A DNA stretch of 44,281 bases, taken from sequence record SRR31156797_3911; one strand, given 5' to 3'. This document shows, in pieces, positions 1 through 9,175 of this stretch (position 1 is the stretch's first letter; each line of letters opens with the position of its first letter). The notes beneath the pieces are model-generated. The model did not search any database and was not told the DNA's origin. It saw only the letters and a program-made list of their open reading frames with translations. Made by a program: the position numbers and the translations under genes.

Positions 1-229
1 TTGTTATTAAGGGTGTTTGTTTGTTGGGATAGTTGTTAACTCACTGATTATTTTATATATAATAAGTTTAAAATAATGTTTAATTCATCTTAAAGGGGAG
101 TGGATAAAGAAATTCTAATCGTCTAACCAAAGTTATTAACAGGTTATAAACAGGCTTTTAAAAATAATATTAAGAATGGGCTTTTAAACATGAAAAATCC
201 CAAAAATTAGATAAATAATAGACTTTGTC
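1..229. promoter_or_regulatory. AT-rich non-coding region with clustered DnaA-box-like 9-mers (candidate oriC / DnaA-box cluster)
   Basis: AGTGGATAA (99-107), tandem TTATTAACAgg TTATAAACAgg (133-141, 144-152) and TGTTATTAA (2-10) resemble TTWTNCACA on either strand; very AT-rich; parS and parAB about 24 kb away. Confidence 0.4.
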
Positions 230-1357
230 ATGCAAAAAAAAGGGAAGGGAAGGGAAGAAAAATTACTTAGGGATCTTTGTCAATCAGGAGTAGATAAAGC
301 CTGTTTTTCAGGTTGCATGGCGGGTGTAAGTGTTGGCAGCGGTGATGATTGTCAGAGGTTTATTGCAGGTGCAGGGAAATGCAGCTATGAAGCAAATGCA
401 CCAATAGTGAAAAGAAACACCATTTTCGATCTAGCATCTTTGACCAAACCTTTATGTACAACCCTTTGTATATTGATTCTTGTCCAAAAAGGAGAGCTTA
501 AGTGGGAGACACCCCTTGCAGATTGCTTAAAAGAATTTAAAAATGATCCATATAAAAGAAATATTAGGATAGAACACCTTCTGACACATAGTTCTGGTTT
601 AAAGGCATACAGGCCTTATTTCAGGTTTTTCAAAAGTGTTTTTGAAGAGGAAAATAAAGCAAGACTGTTAAACTATATTCATTATGAGAAAAAGGCGTAC
701 GCCCCTGGTACCCAGAATATTTACAGTGATTTGGGATATATTCTATTAGGTGAAATAATTGAAAGGAAAACAGGTCAAACACTCGATTACTTTTTTGCAG
801 AGCAAGTAACTCGGAAACTTAACCTGGAAAATGATCTCTTTTTTATTCCGCTTAATAAACAACGTGGAGTCCGATCAGCTCAGGATTTTGCTGCTACAGA
901 GAAGTGTCCATGGCGAAGTCGGGTTATTCATGGGGAAGTGCATGATGAAAACTGCTGGGTGATGGGTGGTATTGCTGGACATGCCGGATTATTCGGTACA
1001 ATAGACGGAGTGCTGCGAATATGTGGCTTGATACTGGACCGGTGGGTGGGAAAAGGAGATACTCTTTCTTTGTCGAAAGAGCTTTTTAATCAACTTTTTA
1101 CAACTCCTAATACGCGGTTAAATTGGTACAGAGGGTTTGACAGGCCTACGCCTGGTGGATCAAGCAGTGGACGTTATTTTTCTGAAAAGAGTGCAGGACA
1201 TCTGGGATTTAGCGGCACTTCGTTTTGGATAGATCCAGAAAAAAAAATAATAGTTGTTTTGTTGACTAACAGAGTCCATCCATCACGGGAAAATATACAA
1301 ATACGTTCTTTTAGACCTTGGTTCCACGATAAAATAATGGAAAGTATTCTTAAATAA
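230..1357 (+). CDS. Serine hydrolase, beta-lactamase class C / esterase family
   Basis: FDLASLTK (SxxK), LLTHSSGL, YSDLG, GHAGLF, GHLGFSGTSFWIDP motifs. Confidence 0.9.
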   Translation: MQKKGKGREEKLLRDLCQSGVDKACFSGCMAGVSVGSGDDCQRFIAGAGKCSYEANAPIVKRNTIFDLASLTKPLCTTLCILILVQKGELKWETPLADCLKEFKNDPYKRNIRIEHLLTHSSGLKAYRPYFRFFKSVFEEENKARLLNYIHYEKKAYAPGTQNIYSDLGYILLGEIIERKTGQTLDYFFAEQVTRKLNLENDLFFIPLNKQRGVRSAQDFAATEKCPWRSRVIHGEVHDENCWVMGGIAGHAGLFGTIDGVLRICGLILDRWVGKGDTLSLSKELFNQLFTTPNTRLNWYRGFDRPTPGGSSSGRYFSEKSAGHLGFSGTSFWIDPEKKIIVVLLTNRVHPSRENIQIRSFRPWFHDKIMESILK

Positions 1358-1388
1358 AAAAAGCCCTGCCAAAAGCAGGGCTTTTTTT
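1356..1388. terminator. Bidirectional intrinsic terminator
   Basis: AAAAAAAGCCCTGC-CAAAA-GCAGGGCTTTTTTT between convergent genes. Confidence 0.85.
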
Positions 1389-1416
1389 ATTTACATGCTC
1401 ATTTGAGCTGTAAGAT

Positions 1417-1605
1417 CTACCACCAGCAAACAGTCTTGTCTGCAGCATATATTTTCTGCACCAGGACATCGTAGTTAGGCTGGTCTAAATAGAGTTTGAA
1501 TTCATCAGCATCGCGGTCGCGATTGAGAACTCCAACAAGTGTTTCTACATCACTGGTTGGCTCTGAGCGGTAAACCTGCAGGATTTTCATTTTTTCGTCA
1601 CTCAT
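1417..1605 (-). CDS. Small conserved protein, DsrH/TusB-like (sulfur relay cluster)
   Basis: 62 aa; C-terminal 'NYDVLVQKIYAADKTVCWW' resembles the DsrH/TusB end; GAGGAGG RBS; last gene of the tusA operon. Confidence 0.65.
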   Translation of the reverse strand: MSDEKMKILQVYRSEPTSDVETLVGVLNRDRDADEFKLYLDQPNYDVLVQKIYAADKTVCWW

Positions 1606-1617
1606 GGTTCTACCTCC

Positions 1618-1965
1618 TCAACCACCGCATGCCGCTGGCGGCTCATGGGATCCTTTGGGCATTCCAAAAGGAATAATAACATCTGCATCGCGCATTTTTT
1701 CGCCGAGTTCTTCCAAAGAAACATTTTCTATTTCAGAACCTTCAGGCATATCTGTTGGTGCTTCAGCGCCACAGCTATACACCTGACCTTCCATATCTGC
1801 GATCCAGGCAATGTTTTCCGTCATATACTCTGTCATATTCGGAAATTCGCCATTCATGATAACCGGGTACGCATAATGATTTTCAACAGCTAGACCCAAT
1901 CCGGAGCGAATACCGTCATTGTATATACGGTTGCCTATCAGGATATATACTTTTAATGATTCCAT
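1618..1965 (-). CDS. DsrE/DsrF-fold protein (sulfur relay cluster)
   Basis: 'DGIRSGLGLAVENH' and 'VSLEELGEKMRDADVIIPF' match the DsrE/F pattern; AAGGAG RBS; operon context. Confidence 0.65.
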   Translation of the reverse strand: MESLKVYILIGNRIYNDGIRSGLGLAVENHYAYPVIMNGEFPNMTEYMTENIAWIADMEGQVYSCGAEAPTDMPEGSEIENVSLEELGEKMRDADVIIPFGMPKGSHEPPAACGG

Positions 1966-1977
1966 ATCGGTATCTCC

Positions 1978-2310
1978 TTACATTACGATATACTTTTCAC
2001 ACTGCTCAAGAATTGCGCCGTGAAAAGCCTGGGTACGCATCTGCTTGTCAACGAGACCACGAGGAATATCTTTTTCGTGATCAAACCCTTCACAGATGTA
2101 GCTGTCAGTACAAATTGCCAGGTCTTCGGTTTTGATGAGCTGTGCCAGCTCCCAAAATTCAGGGCTTTTTGTAAGATGAACAGATTTAAAAGTAAAAAAG
2201 ATCATTACTTCCTTACCAGCGCGTATAGCAGCCTGGGTCAGACCGAGGATGTGACGCATATTCTGGGGGCAGGTAACAAAAATACCGAATTTATTAGCAT
2301 CAGCAGCCAT
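1978..2310 (-). CDS. DsrE-family sulfurtransferase-like protein
   Basis: 'AAIRAGKEVMIFFTFKSVHL' and 'AICTDS' with the conserved Cys; AAGGAGG RBS. Confidence 0.75.
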   Translation of the reverse strand: MAADANKFGIFVTCPQNMRHILGLTQAAIRAGKEVMIFFTFKSVHLTKSPEFWELAQLIKTEDLAICTDSYICEGFDHEKDIPRGLVDKQMRTQAFHGAILEQCEKYIVM

Positions 2311-2349
2311 TAGCTTTTGCCTCCTTAAAAGGATTTGTTAACGATTTAA

Positions 2350-2607
2350 TTATCCTTTCTTGATGAAAAAGCTAATATATCCACTTTCTTCTTTCTCGCC
2401 CAGATACTCGTGACCAGCGCGATCACACCAACCAGGAATGTCGTTTCTGGAACCTGGGTCAGTTCCCATTATGTGGAGAACATCGCCGGCAGCAAGTTTA
2501 CCCATTTCTTTCTTGGTACGGAGCAACGGCATTGGACAGCTCAATCCTTTTGCATCGAGTACGGAAGCAGGCTCGATACCTTCAGGTGCAACTTTTACAT
2601 CACTCAT
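2350..2607 (-). CDS. tusA: Sulfur carrier protein TusA/SirA family
   Basis: LDAKGLSCPMP and TDPGSRNDIPGWC motifs; start moved to ATG at 2607 after AGGAGG. Confidence 0.9.
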   Translation of the reverse strand: MSDVKVAPEGIEPASVLDAKGLSCPMPLLRTKKEMGKLAAGDVLHIMGTDPGSRNDIPGWCDRAGHEYLGEKEESGYISFFIKKG

Positions 2608-2895
2608 TTTTTCCTCCTGATAAAATAACAATTTTAATTGTCTGTTTTGAACATGAAAAAAGACAGTTAAAGGTATAGAAAAAAGGTTTTTTTGTCAAGG
2701 TGAATCAAAAACAAACTGAATAGCTATTCATACAGTGTTTTTCCGTTACTTTTAGTGAATGAATATTCAATGTTGTGTTATAATGGTCTGTTTCATTGAG
2801 GTTATTGACAAATTGAGAGGCTACAGGTATCTTTACCACCTTTTGAGGCTTTTTGAAAAAAAAGGTACTTTATAAAGGGTTTAAGGAGGCAGTGA

Positions 2896-4164
2896 ATGGA
2901 AGACATCAAGATTTTTTGGGACAAAATTAAAAAGTTATATAAAGCCCTCTGCCAGGATGAATGGAGCGCTACTACGACAGGTATTGTTGTAGCACTTCTC
3001 ACAATCCTGATCATGGCATGGTGGCGGCCGTGGGGAGCTGTGGGCGCAATCCGTAACTGGGGTGACTGGATGCTGCATGGTGTTGGTATCTTTAGTGGAG
3101 ATCTCGCTGAATTGACAGGTTTTATTGATGAAGATGGCGATTCTTTGCTCAAGAAGTCCGTTTGGTATAATACTGGATCAGTGATTGGTTTGGGACTTGT
3201 CGGCGGTGCTTTTATTTCAGCGTGCCTGGGCGGACAGTTTGCTTTTCGTTTTCCACCGGTCCGAGAATATGTGAAAGCGATGGTAGCCGGTGTACTGATG
3301 GGTATCGGTGCTGCCTTGGCTGGCGGATGTAATGTTGGCGGTATGTATAATGCCATAGGTAATTTGGCCGCTAATGGCTTTGCCATGTGGGTTGGTCTTA
3401 TTCCTGGAGCATTGTTTGGCCTTTGGCTGCTCTATAAAGAGATGGAACATGTAAGCTGGGGTGGCGGCGGTTCTTTTACCCTGAATATACCTTATCCTGT
3501 CCAATTTGTTTTCGGTGTAGCTGGTATAGGCATTCTTATCTGGGGAGCTGCAAAATATGCAGGGTATGAAGGGGACGACTTTGAAGAGTACATTGCTTCT
3601 CTTTCCGGTCTGGTTCTCATCGCGACTGGTATAGGTTATGCGATGCAGAGAGGTCGCTGGTGCATGATTCAGGGTTTCCGTGAACCGCATATGACCGGTG
3701 ATTCTACCATGGCCAGGTCAGTTGCCCTTTCCATCCTCATAGTAGCGGTTGGTGCTGCAGTATTGAAATATGGGGTTCCTGCTCGTCTTGATGGCGAAGC
3801 GGTTCTGGCTCCTATGAATTATGTTCGCGGCACTTTTGGCTGGGGTGGTGTTGTTGGCGGTTTTGTTTTTGGTGTTGGTGCTATGATGGCTGGTGGCTGC
3901 GGCTCCGGAACACTTTGGCGTGTTGGTGAGGGACAGATAAAACTGTGGTTGGTTGTTCCATTTTTTGCCATCTCCAACTCACTTGTTATTGCCTTATTTA
4001 AGAATTTTGATGTTGAAGCCAATGGTTGGTTGGGTAAGTATGTTTACCTACCGGATGTTTTTGGTTATGGATACACCCTTGGCATTATAGTTCTGTTTGC
4101 TGCACTTTGGTATCTGATAGTGTCGTGGAACGAAGACAGTAATAAGTTGTTGTTGCCTATGTAA
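2896..4164 (+). CDS. YeeE/YedE family thiosulfate/sulfur-compound transporter
   Basis: Multi-TM protein with duplicated GxGAxLAGGC motifs (GGCNVGG, GGCGSG) and RWCM; divergent from tusA. Confidence 0.9.
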   Translation: MEDIKIFWDKIKKLYKALCQDEWSATTTGIVVALLTILIMAWWRPWGAVGAIRNWGDWMLHGVGIFSGDLAELTGFIDEDGDSLLKKSVWYNTGSVIGLGLVGGAFISACLGGQFAFRFPPVREYVKAMVAGVLMGIGAALAGGCNVGGMYNAIGNLAANGFAMWVGLIPGALFGLWLLYKEMEHVSWGGGGSFTLNIPYPVQFVFGVAGIGILIWGAAKYAGYEGDDFEEYIASLSGLVLIATGIGYAMQRGRWCMIQGFREPHMTGDSTMARSVALSILIVAVGAAVLKYGVPARLDGEAVLAPMNYVRGTFGWGGVVGGFVFGVGAMMAGGCGSGTLWRVGEGQIKLWLVVPFFAISNSLVIALFKNFDVEANGWLGKYVYLPDVFGYGYTLGIIVLFAALWYLIVSWNEDSNKLLLPM

Positions 4165-4186
4165 TTTTTTCTTTGTCAGTCTTGGT

Positions 4187-4224
4187 AAAAAGGCGGTATC
4201 CTTAATTGGATACCGCCTTTTTTT
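4187..4224 (+). terminator. Intrinsic terminator
   Basis: AAAAAGGCGGTATCC-TTAATT-GGATACCGCCTTTTTTT. Confidence 0.9.
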
Positions 4225-4234
4225 ATGTAATAGT

Positions 4235-4370
4235 TACCGTAGCTATTCAGCAGGAAAGTATAGCTTACCATAGTTCTTCAGCTTGCCTGTGTCGATCTGG
4301 AGTACTGTAGAGCAGTTACATTTCAAGGTAAGGTTGAGGGGTGTGTTATCCGATGAATAGTTACTAGGTA
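4235..4370. repeat. Long imperfect hairpin bounded by GTAGCTATTCA...TGAATAGTTAC (MITE-like element or structured RNA)
   Basis: Terminal inverted repeat 4239-4249 / 4354-4364 plus inner complementarity (CTTCAGCTTGCCT / AGGTAAGGTTGAGG). Confidence 0.45.
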
Positions 4371-4384
4371 TCTTTCTTAACTTT

Positions 4385-4999
4385 ATGCAGCAGTCGTATC
4401 CGAACATTAACAAACAAGAATTGCGCCGCACTTGTTCTGCAGTCCGTGATAAAATGAGTGAAGAGGAGCAAAAGAATAAAAGCGTTAAAATTTTAAATAA
4501 ATTTATTGATAATTTTGGATTGAAGTCTTCAAAATGCTTCTTCGTTTATATTGATTATCGAAGTGAAGTGCAGACAGCTGAAATTATAAATTTTATTATC
4601 CAGCAGGGCGGAATAGCCTGCGTACCGGCAGTTTCCTCGAAAAACACAAAAATGGTTGCTGTGCGGATAAGCAATCCCGATGAAGATCTGGCTCCAGGTT
4701 TTAAAGGTATCCCGGAACCATTACCTGAACTGCGTCGTCATTGTATTGTAGATGCTGTAAATATTGATGTAGCGGTTATTCCTGGGCTTGCGTTTGATCA
4801 AACCGGCGGAAGAATCGGGTATGGAGGTGGATACTATGATAGATTTCTAAAAAATGATGCCCCCCAGGCCCTGCGGGTGGGGTTGGCATATAAACTACAG
4901 ATGGTTGCAAAAATTCCTATGGAAGGTCACGATGTATTAATGGATTATATTATCTGCGAGCATTCAACCTATAAGATTAAGGCAAGAGGAAAGAGGTAA
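4385..4999 (+). CDS. ygfA: 5-formyltetrahydrofolate cyclo-ligase
   Basis: KQELRR, GIPEP, IPGLAFD, RIGYGGGYYDRFL motifs. Confidence 0.92.
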   Translation: MQQSYPNINKQELRRTCSAVRDKMSEEEQKNKSVKILNKFIDNFGLKSSKCFFVYIDYRSEVQTAEIINFIIQQGGIACVPAVSSKNTKMVAVRISNPDEDLAPGFKGIPEPLPELRRHCIVDAVNIDVAVIPGLAFDQTGGRIGYGGGYYDRFLKNDAPQALRVGLAYKLQMVAKIPMEGHDVLMDYIICEHSTYKIKARGKR

Positions 5000-5118
5000 A
5001 AGGCATGGCTAATAGGATGATTACCACAACTATCCAATGATACCTCTAGATCAGACAAGCCGCCAGTTAGTGAAATATATATATTGAGTTTTTAAACGAC
5101 TTTTATAGCGGATAATTT

Positions 5119-6174
5119 ATGGATTCAAAAGTCCTCATCGCAGATGATGATACCCTTGTCAGAACTGCGATAAAGAAAATATTAACAATGTTTGGCCATG
5201 AGGTTGTTGGTGCGGAGTCGGGCCATGAAGCCCTCTCTTTGATTAATGATGATTTTGATGTCATTATTCTTGATATAAATATGCCGGATTTGGATGGATT
5301 TGAGACACTGGAAAGATTGAATCAGCGCAATATAGATATTCCGGTGCTTTTTCTTACCGGAGCAGGCTCTATGGATTATGCGGTTAAGGCTATTAATCTT
5401 GGAGCCTATGATTTTTTAACCAAACCCATCGCTGATTTGGAGATGTTTCATGTTAAGGTGAAGCGGGCAATTGAGAAGCGTCATTTTTTGCGAAACCAAC
5501 AGCTCTATCAACAAAATCTTGAGACAGAGATTAGTGATAAAACCAAGGAGCTGGCAGAAAAAAATGTCTTGCTTGAACAATATAGTGAGCATCTTGAAAA
5601 TGCCACTGTACAAATAATGTCCAGTCTTCAGGCTGCCATGGAAGAGAAGGATGAATATACTGCAGGCCATACCAATCGGGTCACTGAGTATTCGATGCTG
5701 CTGGCAGAAGCAGCCAAACTGTCTAAAGATGACAGTCTAACACTGAAGAGGGCTGCCCAATTTCACGATATAGGTAAGCTGGTTATTGATCTTTCTTGTA
5801 TCCAGAAACCAGGACCGCTGACCCTTGAAGAATGGGAGCTGATAAAAAAGCATCCAGAAATTGGCGCGAGTATTATTGAGCCGTTAAGTTTTATGGATAG
5901 AGAAAGAAAAATTATCCGTCATCACCATGAAAAAATCGACGGTTCTGGATACCCTGACGGTTGCACAGGTGATGAACTTGATATCCTGACTAGAATTATT
6001 ACTATAGCCGACAGTTATGATGCTATGACATCCAAACGTAATTATAGAAGAAATCTTACCAGGGTAGAAGCTGTAGCCGAGTTGCGGCGCTGCAGTGGAT
6101 CACATTTTGATAGAGATATGGTTGAAATATTCGCCAGGGTTGTTCTTTCTGCCCGATCACTGTATAAACAGTAG
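5119..6174 (+). CDS. Response regulator with REC + HD-GYP domain (c-di-GMP phosphodiesterase, RpfG-like)
   Basis: N-terminal REC (ADDD, LDINMP, FLTG, KP); HDIGK and HHEKIDGSGYP. Confidence 0.92.
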   Translation: MDSKVLIADDDTLVRTAIKKILTMFGHEVVGAESGHEALSLINDDFDVIILDINMPDLDGFETLERLNQRNIDIPVLFLTGAGSMDYAVKAINLGAYDFLTKPIADLEMFHVKVKRAIEKRHFLRNQQLYQQNLETEISDKTKELAEKNVLLEQYSEHLENATVQIMSSLQAAMEEKDEYTAGHTNRVTEYSMLLAEAAKLSKDDSLTLKRAAQFHDIGKLVIDLSCIQKPGPLTLEEWELIKKHPEIGASIIEPLSFMDRERKIIRHHHEKIDGSGYPDGCTGDELDILTRIITIADSYDAMTSKRNYRRNLTRVEAVAELRRCSGSHFDRDMVEIFARVVLSARSLYKQ

Positions 6175-6223
6175 CTGTTTTTTTCTTATATTTATCTTCT
6201 TGTTCGTTCTGTGGAAAAGACCT

Positions 6224-6511
6224 ATGAAAATAACCCGTGAAGAAGTCCAACATGTTGCTAATCTCGCCCGGCTTCAGCTCAGTGAAAATGAAACTGAGCG
6301 GATGACCGAGCAGCTTGATACAATTTTAAGTTATGTCGAAAAGCTTGATAAGGTCGATACTGAAGGAGTTCCGGTAACTACCCATACCCAGCAGGTGGTC
6401 AATGCTTTTAGAGAGGATGTGGTTAAGCCCTCTCTGGATAGAGGTGCCGTTCTTAGTAATGCCCCTGAGGATAACGGAGAATCTTTTACCGTTCCCCGTA
6501 TCATAAGTTAG
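6224..6511 (+). CDS. gatC: Asp/Glu-tRNA amidotransferase subunit C
   Basis: MKITREEVQHVANLARL...FREDVV...NAP...FTVPRII; true start is ATG 6224. Confidence 0.95.
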   Translation: MKITREEVQHVANLARLQLSENETERMTEQLDTILSYVEKLDKVDTEGVPVTTHTQQVVNAFREDVVKPSLDRGAVLSNAPEDNGESFTVPRIIS

Positions 6512-6596
6512 CGTCTATCTTCTGCTTACGTATTTAGCTCTAAATTCGCTGGCAACCATAACCGTTATCGTTCTATCTCAATTACAATAAAATACC

Positions 6597-8066
6597 ATGG
6601 AATATTATTCGCTTACCCTTTGCGAGGCTCTACGGCTGCTGGAAAGTGGGGAAACCACTTCGGTCGCACTCACCCAATCAGTACTTTCCCGGATAGAAGG
6701 TGTTGAAGATACGGTTAAAGCCTATCTCAACATTGATAAAAATAGGGCCATACAACAGGCTGAGAGGGCAGATGATCTTCGCCGCCAGGGCAAAGGCGGT
6801 CCTTTGTGCGGTATTCCGCTGGCAGTAAAGGATGTGTTGTGTACCACAGATTTTCCTACAACCTGCGGTTCACGTATTCTTGAACATTTCACTCCCCCGT
6901 ATAATGCAACGGTCATTGATAAACTGCAAAAAGCCGGTGCTGTTATTGTGGGAAAGCTCTCCATGGATGAATTTGCCATGGGATCCACCAATGAAAACTG
7001 TGCGTTTACTGTCCCAGAGAACCCGTGGAGGGAAGGGTTTGTTGCCGGTGGTTCCAGTGGTGGTTCAGCAGCAGCGGTTGCAGCTGATGAATGTTTTGCC
7101 GCCTTGGGATCTGATACGGGGGGATCTGTTAGACAGCCTGCTTCGTTGTGCGGTGTTGTGGGCATGAAACCTACCTATGGAAGGGTTTCTCGTTATGGAT
7201 TGGTTGCTTTTGCCTCTTCCCTTGATCAGGTGGGACCATTGACAAAAGATGTCCGTGATTGTGCTCTGATGATGAATGTTATCTCCGGATATGACGAGCT
7301 TGATTCCACCTCGATCAATACCTCGGTTCCTGATTATACCCTTGCCCTTGAAAAAGGACTGGAGGGGATACGGATAGGTATTCCCAAGGAATACTTCGGG
7401 GATGGCTTGGATAGTGAAGTTGAGGCGGTTATCCGTAAGGGAATAGCAATGCTTGAGGAGCTGGGTGCAGAAGTAAAAGAGGTAACCCTCCCCCATACAG
7501 AGTATTGTGTTGCTGTCTATTATCTTATTGCCCCTGCTGAGGCCAGTTCCAACCTGGCCAGGTATGATGGTGTCCGTTACAGTGTTCGCGATGCTGAAGC
7601 CGTGTCATTGATGGATATGTATAAGCAATCTCGATCCAAAGGATTTGGTGATGAGGTAAAGCGACGTATTCTCATAGGCACCTACGCCCTTTCAGCAGGC
7701 TATTATGATGCTTACTACAAAAAGGCATCCCAGGTACGAACCTTAATCAAACAGGACTTTGAAAAGGTTTTCCAGGAGTGCGACCTCATTGTTTCACCGG
7801 TAACTCCTGGCCCTGCATGGCCTATCGGAGAAAAAGCAGATGACCCGCTAGCGATGTATATGTCTGATATTCTCACTCTATCTGCAAACCTCGCTGGTAT
7901 ACCAGGGCTTTCTGTTCCCTGTGGTTTCACCACCTCAGGCCTGCCGGTGGGCATGCAGATGCAAGCGGCCCACTTTAACGAGGAAGTGTTGTTAAAGGCT
8001 GCTTATAATCTTGAGCAACAGGCAGGAATCGTCAATCAAAAACCCACGATAGGCGACGGAAAATGA
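6597..8066 (+). CDS. gatA: Asp/Glu-tRNA amidotransferase subunit A
   Basis: Amidase signature GGSSGGSAAAVA, GSDTGGSVRQPA, EASSNLARYDG. Confidence 0.96.
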   Translation: MEYYSLTLCEALRLLESGETTSVALTQSVLSRIEGVEDTVKAYLNIDKNRAIQQAERADDLRRQGKGGPLCGIPLAVKDVLCTTDFPTTCGSRILEHFTPPYNATVIDKLQKAGAVIVGKLSMDEFAMGSTNENCAFTVPENPWREGFVAGGSSGGSAAAVAADECFAALGSDTGGSVRQPASLCGVVGMKPTYGRVSRYGLVAFASSLDQVGPLTKDVRDCALMMNVISGYDELDSTSINTSVPDYTLALEKGLEGIRIGIPKEYFGDGLDSEVEAVIRKGIAMLEELGAEVKEVTLPHTEYCVAVYYLIAPAEASSNLARYDGVRYSVRDAEAVSLMDMYKQSRSKGFGDEVKRRILIGTYALSAGYYDAYYKKASQVRTLIKQDFEKVFQECDLIVSPVTPGPAWPIGEKADDPLAMYMSDILTLSANLAGIPGLSVPCGFTTSGLPVGMQMQAAHFNEEVLLKAAYNLEQQAGIVNQKPTIGDGK

Positions 8067-9175
8067 AGTTGCATACTCCTGAAAATATTAGCCGGATAAT
8101 ACCCTATCCACCAGGCAAACCCCTTGATGAACTGGAAAGGGAATACGGGATCACAGATTCCATAAAACTTGCCTCCAATGAAAACCCCTGGGGTCCATCG
8201 CCCAAAGCTGTGCAGGCCATAGCTGAGATGCTCACCGGTCTACACCGTTACCCTGATGGATCTTCCTACTATTTGACCCAGGCTCTTGCAGACTGGACAG
8301 GAGCTGCCCCGGAAGAAATTGTTCTTGGCAACGGGTCCAACGAGGTTATTGAATTTTTGGTAAAGGCTTTTGTTGCTCCCGGAGATGAGGTGATCACCTC
8401 GCATCCGTCTTTTCTCATGTACCAGAAATTCGTCCAGGTACGAGGCGGGGTAAACACAGTATTTGACCTGCGGGAGTTGCAGCATGACCTGACACTGATT
8501 GCCGACTCGGTGAGTCAGAAAACCAGGCTCATTTTTATTGATAATCCCAACAATCCCACAGGTACCCTGATAGATAAGGAAGCTTTTGCAACATTTATGG
8601 ATGCATTGCCGGAAACGGTTATTGTCGTTCTTGATGAAGCGTATGTGGATTTTGTTGCAGAGGAAGAACGGATAGATATCCTCTCCTACATTCAAAATCC
8701 GCAGGAACGACCTGGGCTAGTGAGTTTGCGCACCTTTTCAAAGGCATTTGGTTTGGCAGGTTTGCGGGTCGGGTTTGGTATTATGCCTCAAGAGATTGCA
8801 AATCTACTCCACCGTGTTCGCCAACCCTTTAATATCAATCTGCCGGCACAGGTCGGTGCTTTAGCAGCCCTTTCAGATAAAGATCACTATACTAAGACCC
8901 TAAATGAGACTAGCAATGGGCTCCAGTGGTTATCACAGCAGGTGAGTAAGTTGGGATGTACTCCGTATCCTTCCCACACCAACTTTTTTCTGATTGATGT
9001 TATCGGTGATGCGACCAAGCTGTATGAGGCAATGCTCTATAAAGGGGTTATTGTTCGTTCAATGAAGGCATATGGATTTCCTTCCTTTATTCGCATTACC
9101 ATTGGTACTGAAGAGGAAAACATTCGTTTTATCAATGCGCTGAAAGATTGTCTCAAAGAGCTGGGTTATGTCTGA
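8063..9175 (+). CDS. hisC: Histidinol-phosphate aminotransferase
   Basis: KLASNENP, NPNNPTG, DEAY, RTFSKAFGLAGLRVG. Confidence 0.94.
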   Translation: MKLHTPENISRIIPYPPGKPLDELEREYGITDSIKLASNENPWGPSPKAVQAIAEMLTGLHRYPDGSSYYLTQALADWTGAAPEEIVLGNGSNEVIEFLVKAFVAPGDEVITSHPSFLMYQKFVQVRGGVNTVFDLRELQHDLTLIADSVSQKTRLIFIDNPNNPTGTLIDKEAFATFMDALPETVIVVLDEAYVDFVAEEERIDILSYIQNPQERPGLVSLRTFSKAFGLAGLRVGFGIMPQEIANLLHRVRQPFNINLPAQVGALAALSDKDHYTKTLNETSNGLQWLSQQVSKLGCTPYPSHTNFFLIDVIGDATKLYEAMLYKGVIVRSMKAYGFPSFIRITIGTEEENIRFINALKDCLKELGYV

